From an uncultured Eubacteriales bacterium (GTDB taxonomy: Bacteria; Bacillota; Clostridia; Christensenellales; UBA1242): a stretch of DNA of 47,700 nucleotides. Below the pieces are notes generated by a model. It had not been told where the DNA came from and made no database searches. It worked only from the letters and a program-made list of their open reading frames with translations. The stretch's first letter is position 1; the number at the start of each line of letters is the position of its first letter. The stretch is from positions 1 to 47,700 of the forward strand of contig CARTDZ010000003.1 of assembly GCA_949067325.1 (NCBI GenBank), read 5' to 3'. A program made the translations under genes and the position numbers. Below, one piece after another: positions 9,564 to 16,901 of the stretch.

Positions 9564-9697
9564 CAACTTTTCTTGTTTTATAGAGGGTTAAGTTATATAT
9601 CAATAACCAAGGTCGATTTTTGCAAAAAATTGTTGCATTTTTTATTGAAAATCATTTGACTTTTTTTTAATAAAAAACTAACATTAAAATCGAACGC

Positions 9698-9743
9698 ATA
9701 CAATATGTAGTGCCTAAAAGAATAAAAACACTAGATATTGTAT
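9698..9743 (+). promoter_or_regulatory. Tandem NrdR boxes upstream of nrdD
   Basis: ATACAATATGTAGTGC (9698-9713) and ACACTAGATATTGTAT (9728-9743) both fit the NrdR box consensus acaCwAtATaTwGtgt. Centre-to-centre spacing is 30 bp. They sit immediately upstream of the nrdD SD. Confidence 0.75.
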
Positions 9744-9773
9744 AAGTATTCATTTGCCAAGGAGGAGGTAAAA

Positions 9774-12110
9774 ATGGTAAAGCAAATACTAAAAAGAGAT
9801 GGAAGAATTGTCAGTTATGACGTGTCAAAAATTGAAAACGCCATTGTAAAAGCGATGAACGCTGTTGGTGATCGTGAGATAAAACTTGCCAAAAAGCTGG
9901 CTGGTGAAGTTGAAAGTGAAATTGACAACAGATTTTCTGACAAATCACCTACTGTTGAAGAGATACAAGACATTGTTGAAAAAGTTTTGATGAAAAAAGG
10001 TCACTCTGAAGTAGCGAAAGCATATATTCTTTATCGCGAAAAAAGAAACAGGGTGAGAGTTATGAACACTGACCTTATGAAAACCCTTGACAAGATCAGC
10101 AATACAGACGCAAAAGATTCAGACCTTAAGCGTGAAAACGCCAACGTAGATGGTGACACTGCAATGGGCGTCATGCTCAAATATGGTGCTGAAAGTGCCA
10201 AGAACTATAACGTCAATGCTATAATCGACCCAAAGCAAGCAAAAGCGTATCTTAACGGCGATATTCACATTCACGACTTTGATTTTTATACGCTTACTGA
10301 AACCTGCTGCCAAATAGATATTGTAAAACTCTTTAAAGGCGGATTTCATACAGGACACGGCTCAGTGCGTGAACCAAATGATATCAGAACGTATGCATCT
10401 CTTGTTTGCATTGCAATTCAAGCCAACCAAAACGAGCAACATGGTGGCCAAAGCGTGCCAAACTTTGATTATGGTTGTGCCCCTGGCGTGGCAAAGACTT
10501 ACAAAAAGCTTTATAGACAAAACTTTGCAAAAGCTTACAGCATGATAGTTGGCAAAAAGAAAGAAGAGGAGATTATCAATCTTCTCAAAGACATTGAAAA
10601 GAAAGAAAATCTTGCCCCAACACTTGCAACTTCAAAAGCTTACAACAAAGCTGAGGAAGCGCTTATGGAAAAACTTAAGGTAAGCAAAGAGGACTACAAA
10701 AAAATCAAAAAGTTTGCTTTGGATCATGCCCTTGCTGAAACTGACGAGGCAACGCATCAAGCAATGGAAGCAATCATACACAACCTCAACACCATGCACT
10801 CTCGTGCTGGCGCTCAAGTGCCTTTCTCTTCAATCAACTTTGGTACAGACACATCTCCTGAAGGCCGCATGGTCATCAAAAACATTTTGAAAGCTACTGA
10901 AGAAGGTTTAGGAAACGGCGAAACAGCAATCTTCCCAATCTCAATCTTCAAAGTCAAGGAAGGCATCAACTACAACCCAGGCGAGCCTAACTATGACCTC
11001 TTCAAACAAGCAATCGAAGTGAGCAGCAAGAGAATGTTTCCAAACTTCTCTTTCATCGACGCACCATTCAACCTTCAATACTACAAAAAAGGCCGCCCAG
11101 AAACAGAAGTTTCGTATATGGGCTGCAGAACAAGAGTTATGGGCAATGTTTATGACCCAGACCGTCAAATCACTTTTGGAAGAGGCAACCTTTCTTTCAC
11201 ATCAATCAACCTTCCTCGTCTTGCAATTGAGGCAAAGGGCGATTTGAAAAAATTCTATTCTTCTCTTGATGAGATGATGGAACTTGTGACCCAACAACTT
11301 CTCGACCGTTTTGAAATACAAAAGTCAAAACACGTTTACAACTATCCCTTCCTCATGGGTCAAGGCATTTGGATTGACTCTGACAAGCTTGGCCCAACTG
11401 ACAGCGTAGCTGAAGTATTGAAGCATGGCTCACTCACCTATGGTTTTATTGGCCTTGCTGAAACTCTTATTGCCCTCACTGGCAAACACCACGGCCAATC
11501 ACAAAAATCTTGGAAGCTTGGCTATGAAATCATCAAACATATGCGCGACTTTGCTGACAAGAAGAGTGAAGAGATGAAGCTTAACTTCACAGTTATTGCA
11601 ACGCCAGCTGAAGGTCTTTCAGGACGTTTTGTAAGAATAGACAAAAAGAAATATGGCATTATCAAAGGCGTTACTGACAAAGAATACTATACAAACAGCT
11701 TCCATGTGCCAGTTTATTACAACATTTCTGCAGATAAAAAGATCGATCTTGAAGCGCCTTTCCACGATCTTTGCAATGGTGGACACATCTCTTATATAGA
11801 ACTTGACGGCGACACTTCAAACAATCTTGAAGCTTTTGAAAAGATTGTTCGTCACATGAAAGAAGCTGGAATTGGTTATGGTGCAATCAATCACCCTATC
11901 GACCGTGACCCTGTTTGTGGCTATAACGGTATCATTGGCGACACCTGTCCTCACTGCGGCAGAAAGGAAAATGAAGGCGAGTTTGGCTTTGAACGTATCA
12001 GAAGAATCACTGGCTATCTTGTAGGAACGCTTGACCGCTTCAACAACGCTAAACGTGCAGAAGAGCATGACCGCGTAAAACATGGCACAAACTGCAACTG
12101 CAAAGACTAA
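9774..12110 (+). CDS. nrdD: Anaerobic ribonucleoside-triphosphate reductase (class III RNR) with N-terminal ATP-cone
   Basis: ATP-cone (VKQILKRDGRIVSYDVSKIENAI), a C-terminal Zn-ribbon Cys cluster (CGYNG...CPHCG) and the glycyl-radical motif RIRRITGYLV. GGAGGAGG SD lies 5 nt before the ATG at 9774. The TTG-extended ORF start at 9738 overlaps the NrdR box and is unlikely. Confidence 0.95.
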   Translation: MVKQILKRDGRIVSYDVSKIENAIVKAMNAVGDREIKLAKKLAGEVESEIDNRFSDKSPTVEEIQDIVEKVLMKKGHSEVAKAYILYREKRNRVRVMNTDLMKTLDKISNTDAKDSDLKRENANVDGDTAMGVMLKYGAESAKNYNVNAIIDPKQAKAYLNGDIHIHDFDFYTLTETCCQIDIVKLFKGGFHTGHGSVREPNDIRTYASLVCIAIQANQNEQHGGQSVPNFDYGCAPGVAKTYKKLYRQNFAKAYSMIVGKKKEEEIINLLKDIEKKENLAPTLATSKAYNKAEEALMEKLKVSKEDYKKIKKFALDHALAETDEATHQAMEAIIHNLNTMHSRAGAQVPFSSINFGTDTSPEGRMVIKNILKATEEGLGNGETAIFPISIFKVKEGINYNPGEPNYDLFKQAIEVSSKRMFPNFSFIDAPFNLQYYKKGRPETEVSYMGCRTRVMGNVYDPDRQITFGRGNLSFTSINLPRLAIEAKGDLKKFYSSLDEMMELVTQQLLDRFEIQKSKHVYNYPFLMGQGIWIDSDKLGPTDSVAEVLKHGSLTYGFIGLAETLIALTGKHHGQSQKSWKLGYEIIKHMRDFADKKSEEMKLNFTVIATPAEGLSGRFVRIDKKKYGIIKGVTDKEYYTNSFHVPVYYNISADKKIDLEAPFHDLCNGGHISYIELDGDTSNNLEAFEKIVRHMKEAGIGYGAINHPIDRDPVCGYNGIIGDTCPHCGRKENEGEFGFERIRRITGYLVGTLDRFNNAKRAEEHDRVKHGTNCNCKD

Positions 12111-12222
12111 CATTTTTTAAAAAAATTGCATTGTTTTATACAAGTCGAATTTACAAAACATCTTATTGGAGGCACTCTTAAACATAAGGGTGCTTTCAAA
12201 AACCTTAAAAGGATAAAAATTT

Positions 12223-12738
12223 ATGGCTAAAATCAGAATTTCTGGCATTTGCAACGACTCCATCGTTGACGGGCCAGGTCTTAGGCTGACCTTGTTCACT
12301 CAAGGTTGCCCTCACCACTGCCTTGGCTGCCACAACCCTCAAACTCACGACTTCAAAGGCGGCACAAAAGTCTCAGTCAAAGAGGTTTTCAAACAAATAA
12401 AAGAAAACCCACTCCTAAGCGGTGTAACACTCTCTGGTGGTGAACCTTTTATGCAAGCAAAAACTCTTTTGCCTCTTGTGAAAAAAATCAAAAGCGATCT
12501 TGGCCTCGAAATAGCTGCTTATTCTGGTTTTACATTTGAACAGCTCATCTCAGGCAAAATAAAATACGCAAAAGAACTTTTAGAGCAAATCGACATTTTG
12601 ATTGATGGCAGATTTGTTTTGGCTCAAAAAAGCTTAAACCTCAAATTTAAAGGTTCAAAAAACCAACGCACGCTTGATGTGCCAGCCTCGCTAGCAAAAA
12701 ATCAAGCCGTCCTCTCAAAAGACAAAAGATGGATTTAA
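12223..12738 (+). CDS. nrdG: Anaerobic RNR activating protein (radical SAM)
   Basis: 171 aa with DGPGLRLTLFTQGCPHHCLGCHNPQTH (CxxxCxxC cluster). It lies directly downstream of nrdD. Confidence 0.93.
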   Translation: MAKIRISGICNDSIVDGPGLRLTLFTQGCPHHCLGCHNPQTHDFKGGTKVSVKEVFKQIKENPLLSGVTLSGGEPFMQAKTLLPLVKKIKSDLGLEIAAYSGFTFEQLISGKIKYAKELLEQIDILIDGRFVLAQKSLNLKFKGSKNQRTLDVPASLAKNQAVLSKDKRWI

Positions 12739-12740
12739 AA

Positions 12741-12770
12741 AATACCCCGTAAAAATGGGGTATTTTGTTT
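12741..12770. terminator. Intrinsic terminator after nrdG (bidirectional context)
   Basis: ATACCCC (12742-12748) / GGGGTAT (12757-12763), followed by a T-rich run. Confidence 0.6.
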
Positions 12771-12789
12771 GACTAAAAAATTTAAGGTG

Positions 12790-13044
12790 TTATAATATAT
12801 CTGAACTAAAATTATCGTTGTCGAAAAGTTCACTACTAAAAAATTCAGCCAAAGTAATATTGAAAGCTACACAAATCTTTTGAATAACAGCTAAAGTCAC
12901 AGATTTGTTTTTGCCGTTAATTATTGCATCAAGCGTTGAATGAGGCATATCGGCTTCTATAGCAAGCCAATACCTTGTCTGTTTTCTTTGCGCTAGCAAT
13001 TGTTGTATGCGTAAAGATGTTGCATTTAAGGTTGTATATTTCAT
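12790..13044 (-). CDS. Stand-alone XRE-family HTH regulator (tandem paralog 1)
   Basis: HTH_3-like region QTRYWLAIEADMPHSTLDAIINGK. Alignment to its paralog (MKYTTLNATSLRI vs MKGYTTTKAVALRI) favours the start at 13044 over the ORF maximum at 13059. Confidence 0.75.
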   Translation of the reverse strand: MKYTTLNATSLRIQQLLAQRKQTRYWLAIEADMPHSTLDAIINGKNKSVTLAVIQKICVAFNITLAEFFSSELFDNDNFSSDIL

Positions 13045-13140
13045 GAATTTATTATGCATTATTTTTTTTATTTCTTTATGCCATTTTTATGTGATACACA
13101 ACGATGTTCAAGGAGGTGAAATGTAAAAATTAATTACAGA

Positions 13141-13389
13141 TTATCGCGAGAATTTGTCATGAACAAAATAGTCACTGTCAAAAAATTGAGATAAGTTCAT
13201 ACCAAAACCAAATGCAATTTTTTCAATGACATTTAATTTGCATGTATTATTACGTTCTTTCAATATGTAACTAATAGTAGATTGATCAATATCAGCTCGT
13301 TTAGATAACTCATATTGTGATATATCTTGCTTATCCAACAATTCAACTATTCTTAGTGCTACCGCTTTTGTAGTCGTATAACCTTTCAT
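13141..13389 (-). CDS. Stand-alone XRE-family HTH regulator (tandem paralog 2)
   Basis: 82 aa with ISQYELSKRADIDQSTISYILKERN. It is clearly similar to the 12790-13044 product. Confidence 0.8.
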   Translation of the reverse strand: MKGYTTTKAVALRIVELLDKQDISQYELSKRADIDQSTISYILKERNNTCKLNVIEKIAFGFGMNLSQFFDSDYFVHDKFSR

Positions 13390-13424
13390 ACAAATATCTT
13401 AGCACTTTTTTAAACAAACTATAC

Positions 13425-13438
13425 TTGACGCACGTCAA
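13425..13438. promoter_or_regulatory. Perfect palindrome TTGACGcaCGTCAA between the divergent XRE gene and the Cys-rich gene (candidate operator overlapping -35-like hexamers)
   Basis: 6-bp arms with a 2-bp spacer, read directly from the sequence. Each arm reads TTGACG toward one of the divergent genes. Confidence 0.4.
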
Positions 13439-13467
13439 ATATAACATGATTAAATTTGGAGAAAGAA

Positions 13468-13731
13468 ATGAAAAAAAATCATAATGATTGCATATTTTTC
13501 AAACAATATTACACTTTTTCAATCGGTTTTAAAAGATTTGAGCCTGTGGAAGATGGTTGCTGTTCACTCAACAAGCATAATTGCTGTGAAAGCTGCCAAT
13601 TTTATCGCAAAAACATTGAAACTGAAAAAGAGAAAGCGATTTGTATTGAACTTGAGCAGCAAATTTCAAACTTACAAAAAGAAGCCGAAAGACTTTATCT
13701 TTGTTTAGTTCAAATCTACAAAAAAGACTAA
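13468..13731 (+). CDS. Small Cys-rich protein with C-terminal coiled-coil, unknown function
   Basis: GGAGA SD precedes the ATG at 13468 (the ORF track starts at a TTG at 13456). Cys pattern is C-x23-CC-x6-CC-x2-C, followed by a heptad-like tail ELEQQISNLQKEAERLYL. Confidence 0.55.
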   Translation: MKKNHNDCIFFKQYYTFSIGFKRFEPVEDGCCSLNKHNCCESCQFYRKNIETEKEKAICIELEQQISNLQKEAERLYLCLVQIYKKD

Positions 13732-13818
13732 AAAAAAGCAAAAACAAAGCTTTAAGCTTTTTTCATACACTCCTTTTTGTCGAAATGTGTCAGTTTGTGT
13801 TATATTTTGTGAATTTTA

Positions 13819-13833
13819 ACTCAAATTTTGAGT
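13819..13833. promoter_or_regulatory. 15-bp palindrome ACTCAAA-T-TTTGAGT upstream of the XRE gene at 13892 (candidate operator)
   Basis: Perfect 7-bp arms, located in the presumed 5' leader/promoter of the XRE gene. Confidence 0.4.
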
Positions 13834-13891
13834 AACGATAAAAATTTCTTGAAAATTGTTCTACAATCTAGGTATCAAGAGGAAAAGGACT

Positions 13892-14092
13892 ATGGTAGGA
13901 GATAGAATAAGGCTGCTCAGAAATGAGAGGAACATTTCTCAAGATGCACTAGCGAAAAGCATTACTTCAAATCAAAAGCAAGTCAGCAAGTGGGAACGTG
14001 GACAGATTGAGCCAAACATTGATATGCTCAAAAAACTTGCTGATTATTTTGGCGTAAGTGTTGACTATCTTATTGAGCGAGTTGACTATTAG
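13892..14092 (+). CDS. Stand-alone XRE-family HTH regulator
   Basis: MVGDRIRLLRNERNISQDALAKS...LKKLADYFGVSVDYLIERVDY is a typical short Firmicute XRE protein. AGAGGAAAAGGA SD precedes the ATG at 13892. The ORF-track TTG at 13856 is unlikely. Confidence 0.85.
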   Translation: MVGDRIRLLRNERNISQDALAKSITSNQKQVSKWERGQIEPNIDMLKKLADYFGVSVDYLIERVDY

Positions 14093-14145
14093 TGACGTTG
14101 TCACGTTTTTAAAAAAAGTTTGTTTAAAAAATCTGGTTGAAATTG

Positions 14146-14172
14146 AAGGTGCTTTCTCAAGCACCTTTTTAA
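14146..14172 (+). terminator. Intrinsic terminator after the XRE gene
   Basis: AAGGTGCTT (14146-14154) / AAGCACCTT (14159-14167), a 9-bp stem with a TCTC loop and a T-run. Confidence 0.7.
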
Positions 14173-14178
14173 TTTGAG

Positions 14179-14206
14179 TTGACTTTTTTGATTTGATTGT
14201 GATAAT
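14179..14206 (+). promoter_or_regulatory. Sigma-70-type promoter for metG (TTGACT, 16-bp spacer, TGtGATAAT)
   Basis: -35 at 14179-14184 and extended -10 at 14198-14206. The first ATG (14216) is only 9 nt downstream. Confidence 0.55.
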
Positions 14207-14215
14207 ATTCTATTT

Positions 14216-15814
14216 ATGGAGAAAAACATGAAAGAAAAATTTTATATCACCACACCTATTTATTATCCTAGCAATAAGTTTACGCTTGGAAACTGTTATA
14301 CAACCGTGATTTGTGACGCCATTGCAAGGTTCAACAAGAGGCAAGGCAAAGACGTGTTTTTTTTGACTGGCACTGACGAGCATGGACAGAAGATTTCGCA
14401 AGCGGCAGCTGCCAAAGGCATGGCGGAAAAGGATTATCTTGACGAGATTGTTGCTGACGCCAAGGCGCTTTGGGCTATGCTTGGCATTGAGTATGACAAA
14501 TTTATCAGAACTACTGATGACTATCACGAAAAGAGCGTGCAGACGATTTTTAGGACGCTTTATGAGAAAGGTTATATTTACAAAGGCGAATATGAAGGCC
14601 TTTATTGCACTCCATGTGAGGCGTTTTGGACTGAAAGCCAGCTTGTGGACGGCAAATGCCCTGACTGTGGACGTGCTGTATCGCCTCAAAAAGAAGAAGC
14701 GTACTTTTTTAAGCTTTCAGAGTTTGGCGACAAATTGATGAAGTTGTATAAAGACAATCCAAAGTTTTTGCAGCCGCAATCTAGGATCAACGAAATGGTC
14801 AACAACTTTTTGAAGCCTGGTCTTGCTGACCTTTGCGTTTCAAGGACGTCTGTCAAATGGGGCATACCTGTTGACTTTGACCCAAAACATACCATTTACG
14901 TTTGGCTTGACGCGCTCACAAACTATACCAATGCGCTTGGCTATAACAGCGAAGATGAAAGTCTGTTTAAAAAATATTGGCCTGCAAACGTGCATATGGT
15001 AGGCAAAGAGATTGTCAGATTTCACGCTATCATTTGGCCTGCATTTTTGATGGCGCTTGACTTGCCACTGCCTGAGCGAATTTTTGCTCATGGCTGGATG
15101 CTTTTTGGTGGCGACAAGCTTTCAAAGAGTAAGACAACTGGCTCAGTTGAATGTATTGACCCTCGCATTTTGGTGCCAGAGTATTCAGCTGATGCTGTGA
15201 GATATATTTTGCTGCGTGAGATACCATTTGGCTCTGACGGAAACTACACAACTGAAATATTTTTCAATCGTTTCAACAGTGACCTTGTAAACAATTTTGG
15301 CAATCTTGTGTCAAGAACACTTAGTATGCTCAAAAAATATTTTGGCTCAGTTGTGCCAAAGCATGAAAAGAGCGAAAATGAAGATGATATCGCCCTTCAA
15401 AATGATGTGAAGAAGGAAGTTGAAAATGTATTTAAAGTTATGGAAGACTTTGACGTGTCAAAAGCACTTATTTCAATCTTCAACATCTTCACCCTTGCAA
15501 ACACCTATATTCAAAAGGTAGAGCCTTGGGCTGTAGCTAAAGATGAAAATCAAAAAGCAAGGCTGGCGACTATTATGACCAATCTTTTGGAAGCTATCAG
15601 AATTGGAACAAGCCTTCTTTCATCGTTCTTGCCAGAATGTTCTAAAAAAGTGCTTGACGCTTTTGGAATTGACGCTGAAGCAGACTTCGCAGACCTTGAC
15701 AACTTCAATGGCGTAGAAGAAGGAAGAGAAATTTTGCCAATTGCTATCCTCTTTCCTCGCCTCGACATTGCTGCTGAATTTGAAAAGCTGGCAAAAATCA
15801 TGGCAAACAAATAA
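14216..15814 (+). CDS. metG: Methionine--tRNA ligase, short form without C-terminal tRNA-binding domain, with atypical TLGN in place of HIGH
   Basis: 532 aa. It has TTPIYYPSNKFTLGNCYTT, a Zn knuckle CTPCE...CPDCG and KLSKS (the KMSKS motif), and is collinear by eye with bacterial MetRS. An alternative start is M5 at 14228, which has a GGAG SD. Confidence 0.9.
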   Translation: MEKNMKEKFYITTPIYYPSNKFTLGNCYTTVICDAIARFNKRQGKDVFFLTGTDEHGQKISQAAAAKGMAEKDYLDEIVADAKALWAMLGIEYDKFIRTTDDYHEKSVQTIFRTLYEKGYIYKGEYEGLYCTPCEAFWTESQLVDGKCPDCGRAVSPQKEEAYFFKLSEFGDKLMKLYKDNPKFLQPQSRINEMVNNFLKPGLADLCVSRTSVKWGIPVDFDPKHTIYVWLDALTNYTNALGYNSEDESLFKKYWPANVHMVGKEIVRFHAIIWPAFLMALDLPLPERIFAHGWMLFGGDKLSKSKTTGSVECIDPRILVPEYSADAVRYILLREIPFGSDGNYTTEIFFNRFNSDLVNNFGNLVSRTLSMLKKYFGSVVPKHEKSENEDDIALQNDVKKEVENVFKVMEDFDVSKALISIFNIFTLANTYIQKVEPWAVAKDENQKARLATIMTNLLEAIRIGTSLLSSFLPECSKKVLDAFGIDAEADFADLDNFNGVEEGREILPIAILFPRLDIAAEFEKLAKIMANK

Positions 15815-15854
15815 CTTTTTTAAATCAAATATTTTCGCAATTTGATTGTTGACA

Positions 15855-15885
15855 AAGCCTTCAAAACTTTTGAGGGCTTTTTTTG
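15855..15885 (+). terminator. Intrinsic terminator after metG
   Basis: GCCTTCAAAA (15857-15866) / TTTTGAGGGC (15868-15877), followed by T7. Confidence 0.65.
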
Positions 15886-15928
15886 TGCAAAAATTTGATA
15901 AAAACCACTTTAAATTGCAGTGATTTTG

Positions 15929-15937
15929 TGATATAAT
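15929..15937 (+). promoter_or_regulatory. Extended -10 promoter TGaTATAAT placed 6 nt before the ATG (leaderless architecture)
   Basis: TG at 15929-15930, TATAAT at 15932-15937 and ATG at 15944. There is no SD. Confidence 0.55.
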
Positions 15938-15943
15938 GGATTT

Positions 15944-16726
15944 ATGCGAGTGATAAATTTGGCCTCTGGAAGCAAAGGCAATCTTACATACATAGAAGAC
16001 GACAACACCAAAATTTTGGTGGACATGGGTTTGTCGTGTCAAGAAACCATAAGGCGACTTTCACTTTTGGGCGTAACCCCTGACGAAATTGATGGGATTT
16101 TGGTCACACATGAGCATAGTGACCACATAAAAGGTATTGATGTTTTTTCAAAAAAATATAACAAACCCATTTTTGCACACAATGAGGTTTGGGTAGGCTT
16201 AAACGATCAGCTTAAAAACGTCAAAGATGAAAACAAAAAAATATTTACTGGTGATTTTGAATTTAAAGAGCTTATCGTGCGACCAGTTGAAGTGCCTCAC
16301 GACGTCAAATGTTTTGGCTTCAGTTTTGAAAAAGGTGGCAAAAAAGTTTCGCTCCTCACCGACCTCGGTCATACAAATGACAGGATTTTGCAGAGCATAA
16401 AAGGCAGTCAGTTGGTTTATCTCGAAGCAAATTATGATAGACAAAAGCTTTATCAAAATGACAGGTATCCACTTTCGTTAAAAAGACGCATTGATGGTGC
16501 AAATGGACATCTTTCAAATGAGGCTTCAGCAAGTGCCATTGAAATGCTTGTGCAAAGCGGAACAAGACAGATAGTTTTGTCACACCTAAGCGAAGAAAAC
16601 AACTCGCCAGACCTAGCTTATGAAGAAATTTGCCAAATTCTTTCAAAACACGGCCTTTTTGAAGGCATGGACTTCAAAATTGACGTTGCAACGCAAAAAC
16701 CAGGGGTTATTTTTAGGTTAAAATAG
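15944..16726 (+). CDS. MBL-fold metallo-hydrolase (YycJ/WalJ-like)
   Basis: 260 aa. MRVINLASGSKGN, HEHSDH (HxHxDH) and the conserved C-terminal LSHLS are present. Confidence 0.85.
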   Translation: MRVINLASGSKGNLTYIEDDNTKILVDMGLSCQETIRRLSLLGVTPDEIDGILVTHEHSDHIKGIDVFSKKYNKPIFAHNEVWVGLNDQLKNVKDENKKIFTGDFEFKELIVRPVEVPHDVKCFGFSFEKGGKKVSLLTDLGHTNDRILQSIKGSQLVYLEANYDRQKLYQNDRYPLSLKRRIDGANGHLSNEASASAIEMLVQSGTRQIVLSHLSEENNSPDLAYEEICQILSKHGLFEGMDFKIDVATQKPGVIFRLK

Positions 16727-16763
16727 GCATAAAAATAGTTGTAAATGTCAAATTTAGGCAATT

Positions 16764-16820
16764 TTTGAGTTAAAGATGTCCTTTTAAGCCAATTTTAGCA
16801 CTAAAAACTCAAATTTTTTT
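16764..16820 (+). terminator. Possible long-loop terminator after the MBL gene
   Basis: TTTGAGTT (16764-16771) / AACTCAAA (16806-16813) with a 34-nt loop, then T7 (16814-16820). Confidence 0.35.
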
Positions 16821-16831
16821 AAATTTACCTC

Positions 16832-16860
16832 TTGAAATGTGTATGAATTTGTGCTACAAT
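16832..16860 (+). promoter_or_regulatory. Sigma-70-type promoter TTGAAA, 17-bp spacer, TGcTACAAT for the 792-aa gene
   Basis: -35 at 16832-16837 and -10 at 16855-16860, with a TG extension. The SD AAGGAGGG follows at about 16890. Confidence 0.65.
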
Positions 16861-16901
16861 ATATCAAGATTTAAAACATTGATGAATAAGGAGGGAATAC
16901 T

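Noticed and set aside
9290-9737. Possible replication origin or a decayed mraZ in the 450-bp AT-rich divergent region
   Set aside because: There is only one degenerate DnaA-box-like sequence (TGTGGATTT near 9417), no dnaA or dnaN nearby, and no ORF remnant resembling MraZ in any frame.
9738-9773. TTG-extended N-terminus of nrdD (MYKYSFAKEEVK), and likewise 24245-24283 for uvrB, 13856-13891 for the XRE gene and 9281-9289 for the CvpA-like gene
   Set aside because: Strong SDs or promoter elements lie inside these extensions, and conserved N-termini begin at the internal ATGs.
12739-14215. Prophage remnant or integrated mobile element, considered for both regulator islets (also 24284-27447)
   Set aside because: There is no integrase, transposase, recombinase, terminal inverted repeat or tRNA attachment site in the window. 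The islets are called accessory only by gene content.
14210-14738. ORFs 14210-14689 (minus, 159 aa) and 14382-14738 (plus, 118 aa) overlapping metG
   Set aside because: They are antisense or out of frame to a clearly conserved MetRS coding region, and their Arg/Leu/Ser-rich composition is typical of non-coding frames.
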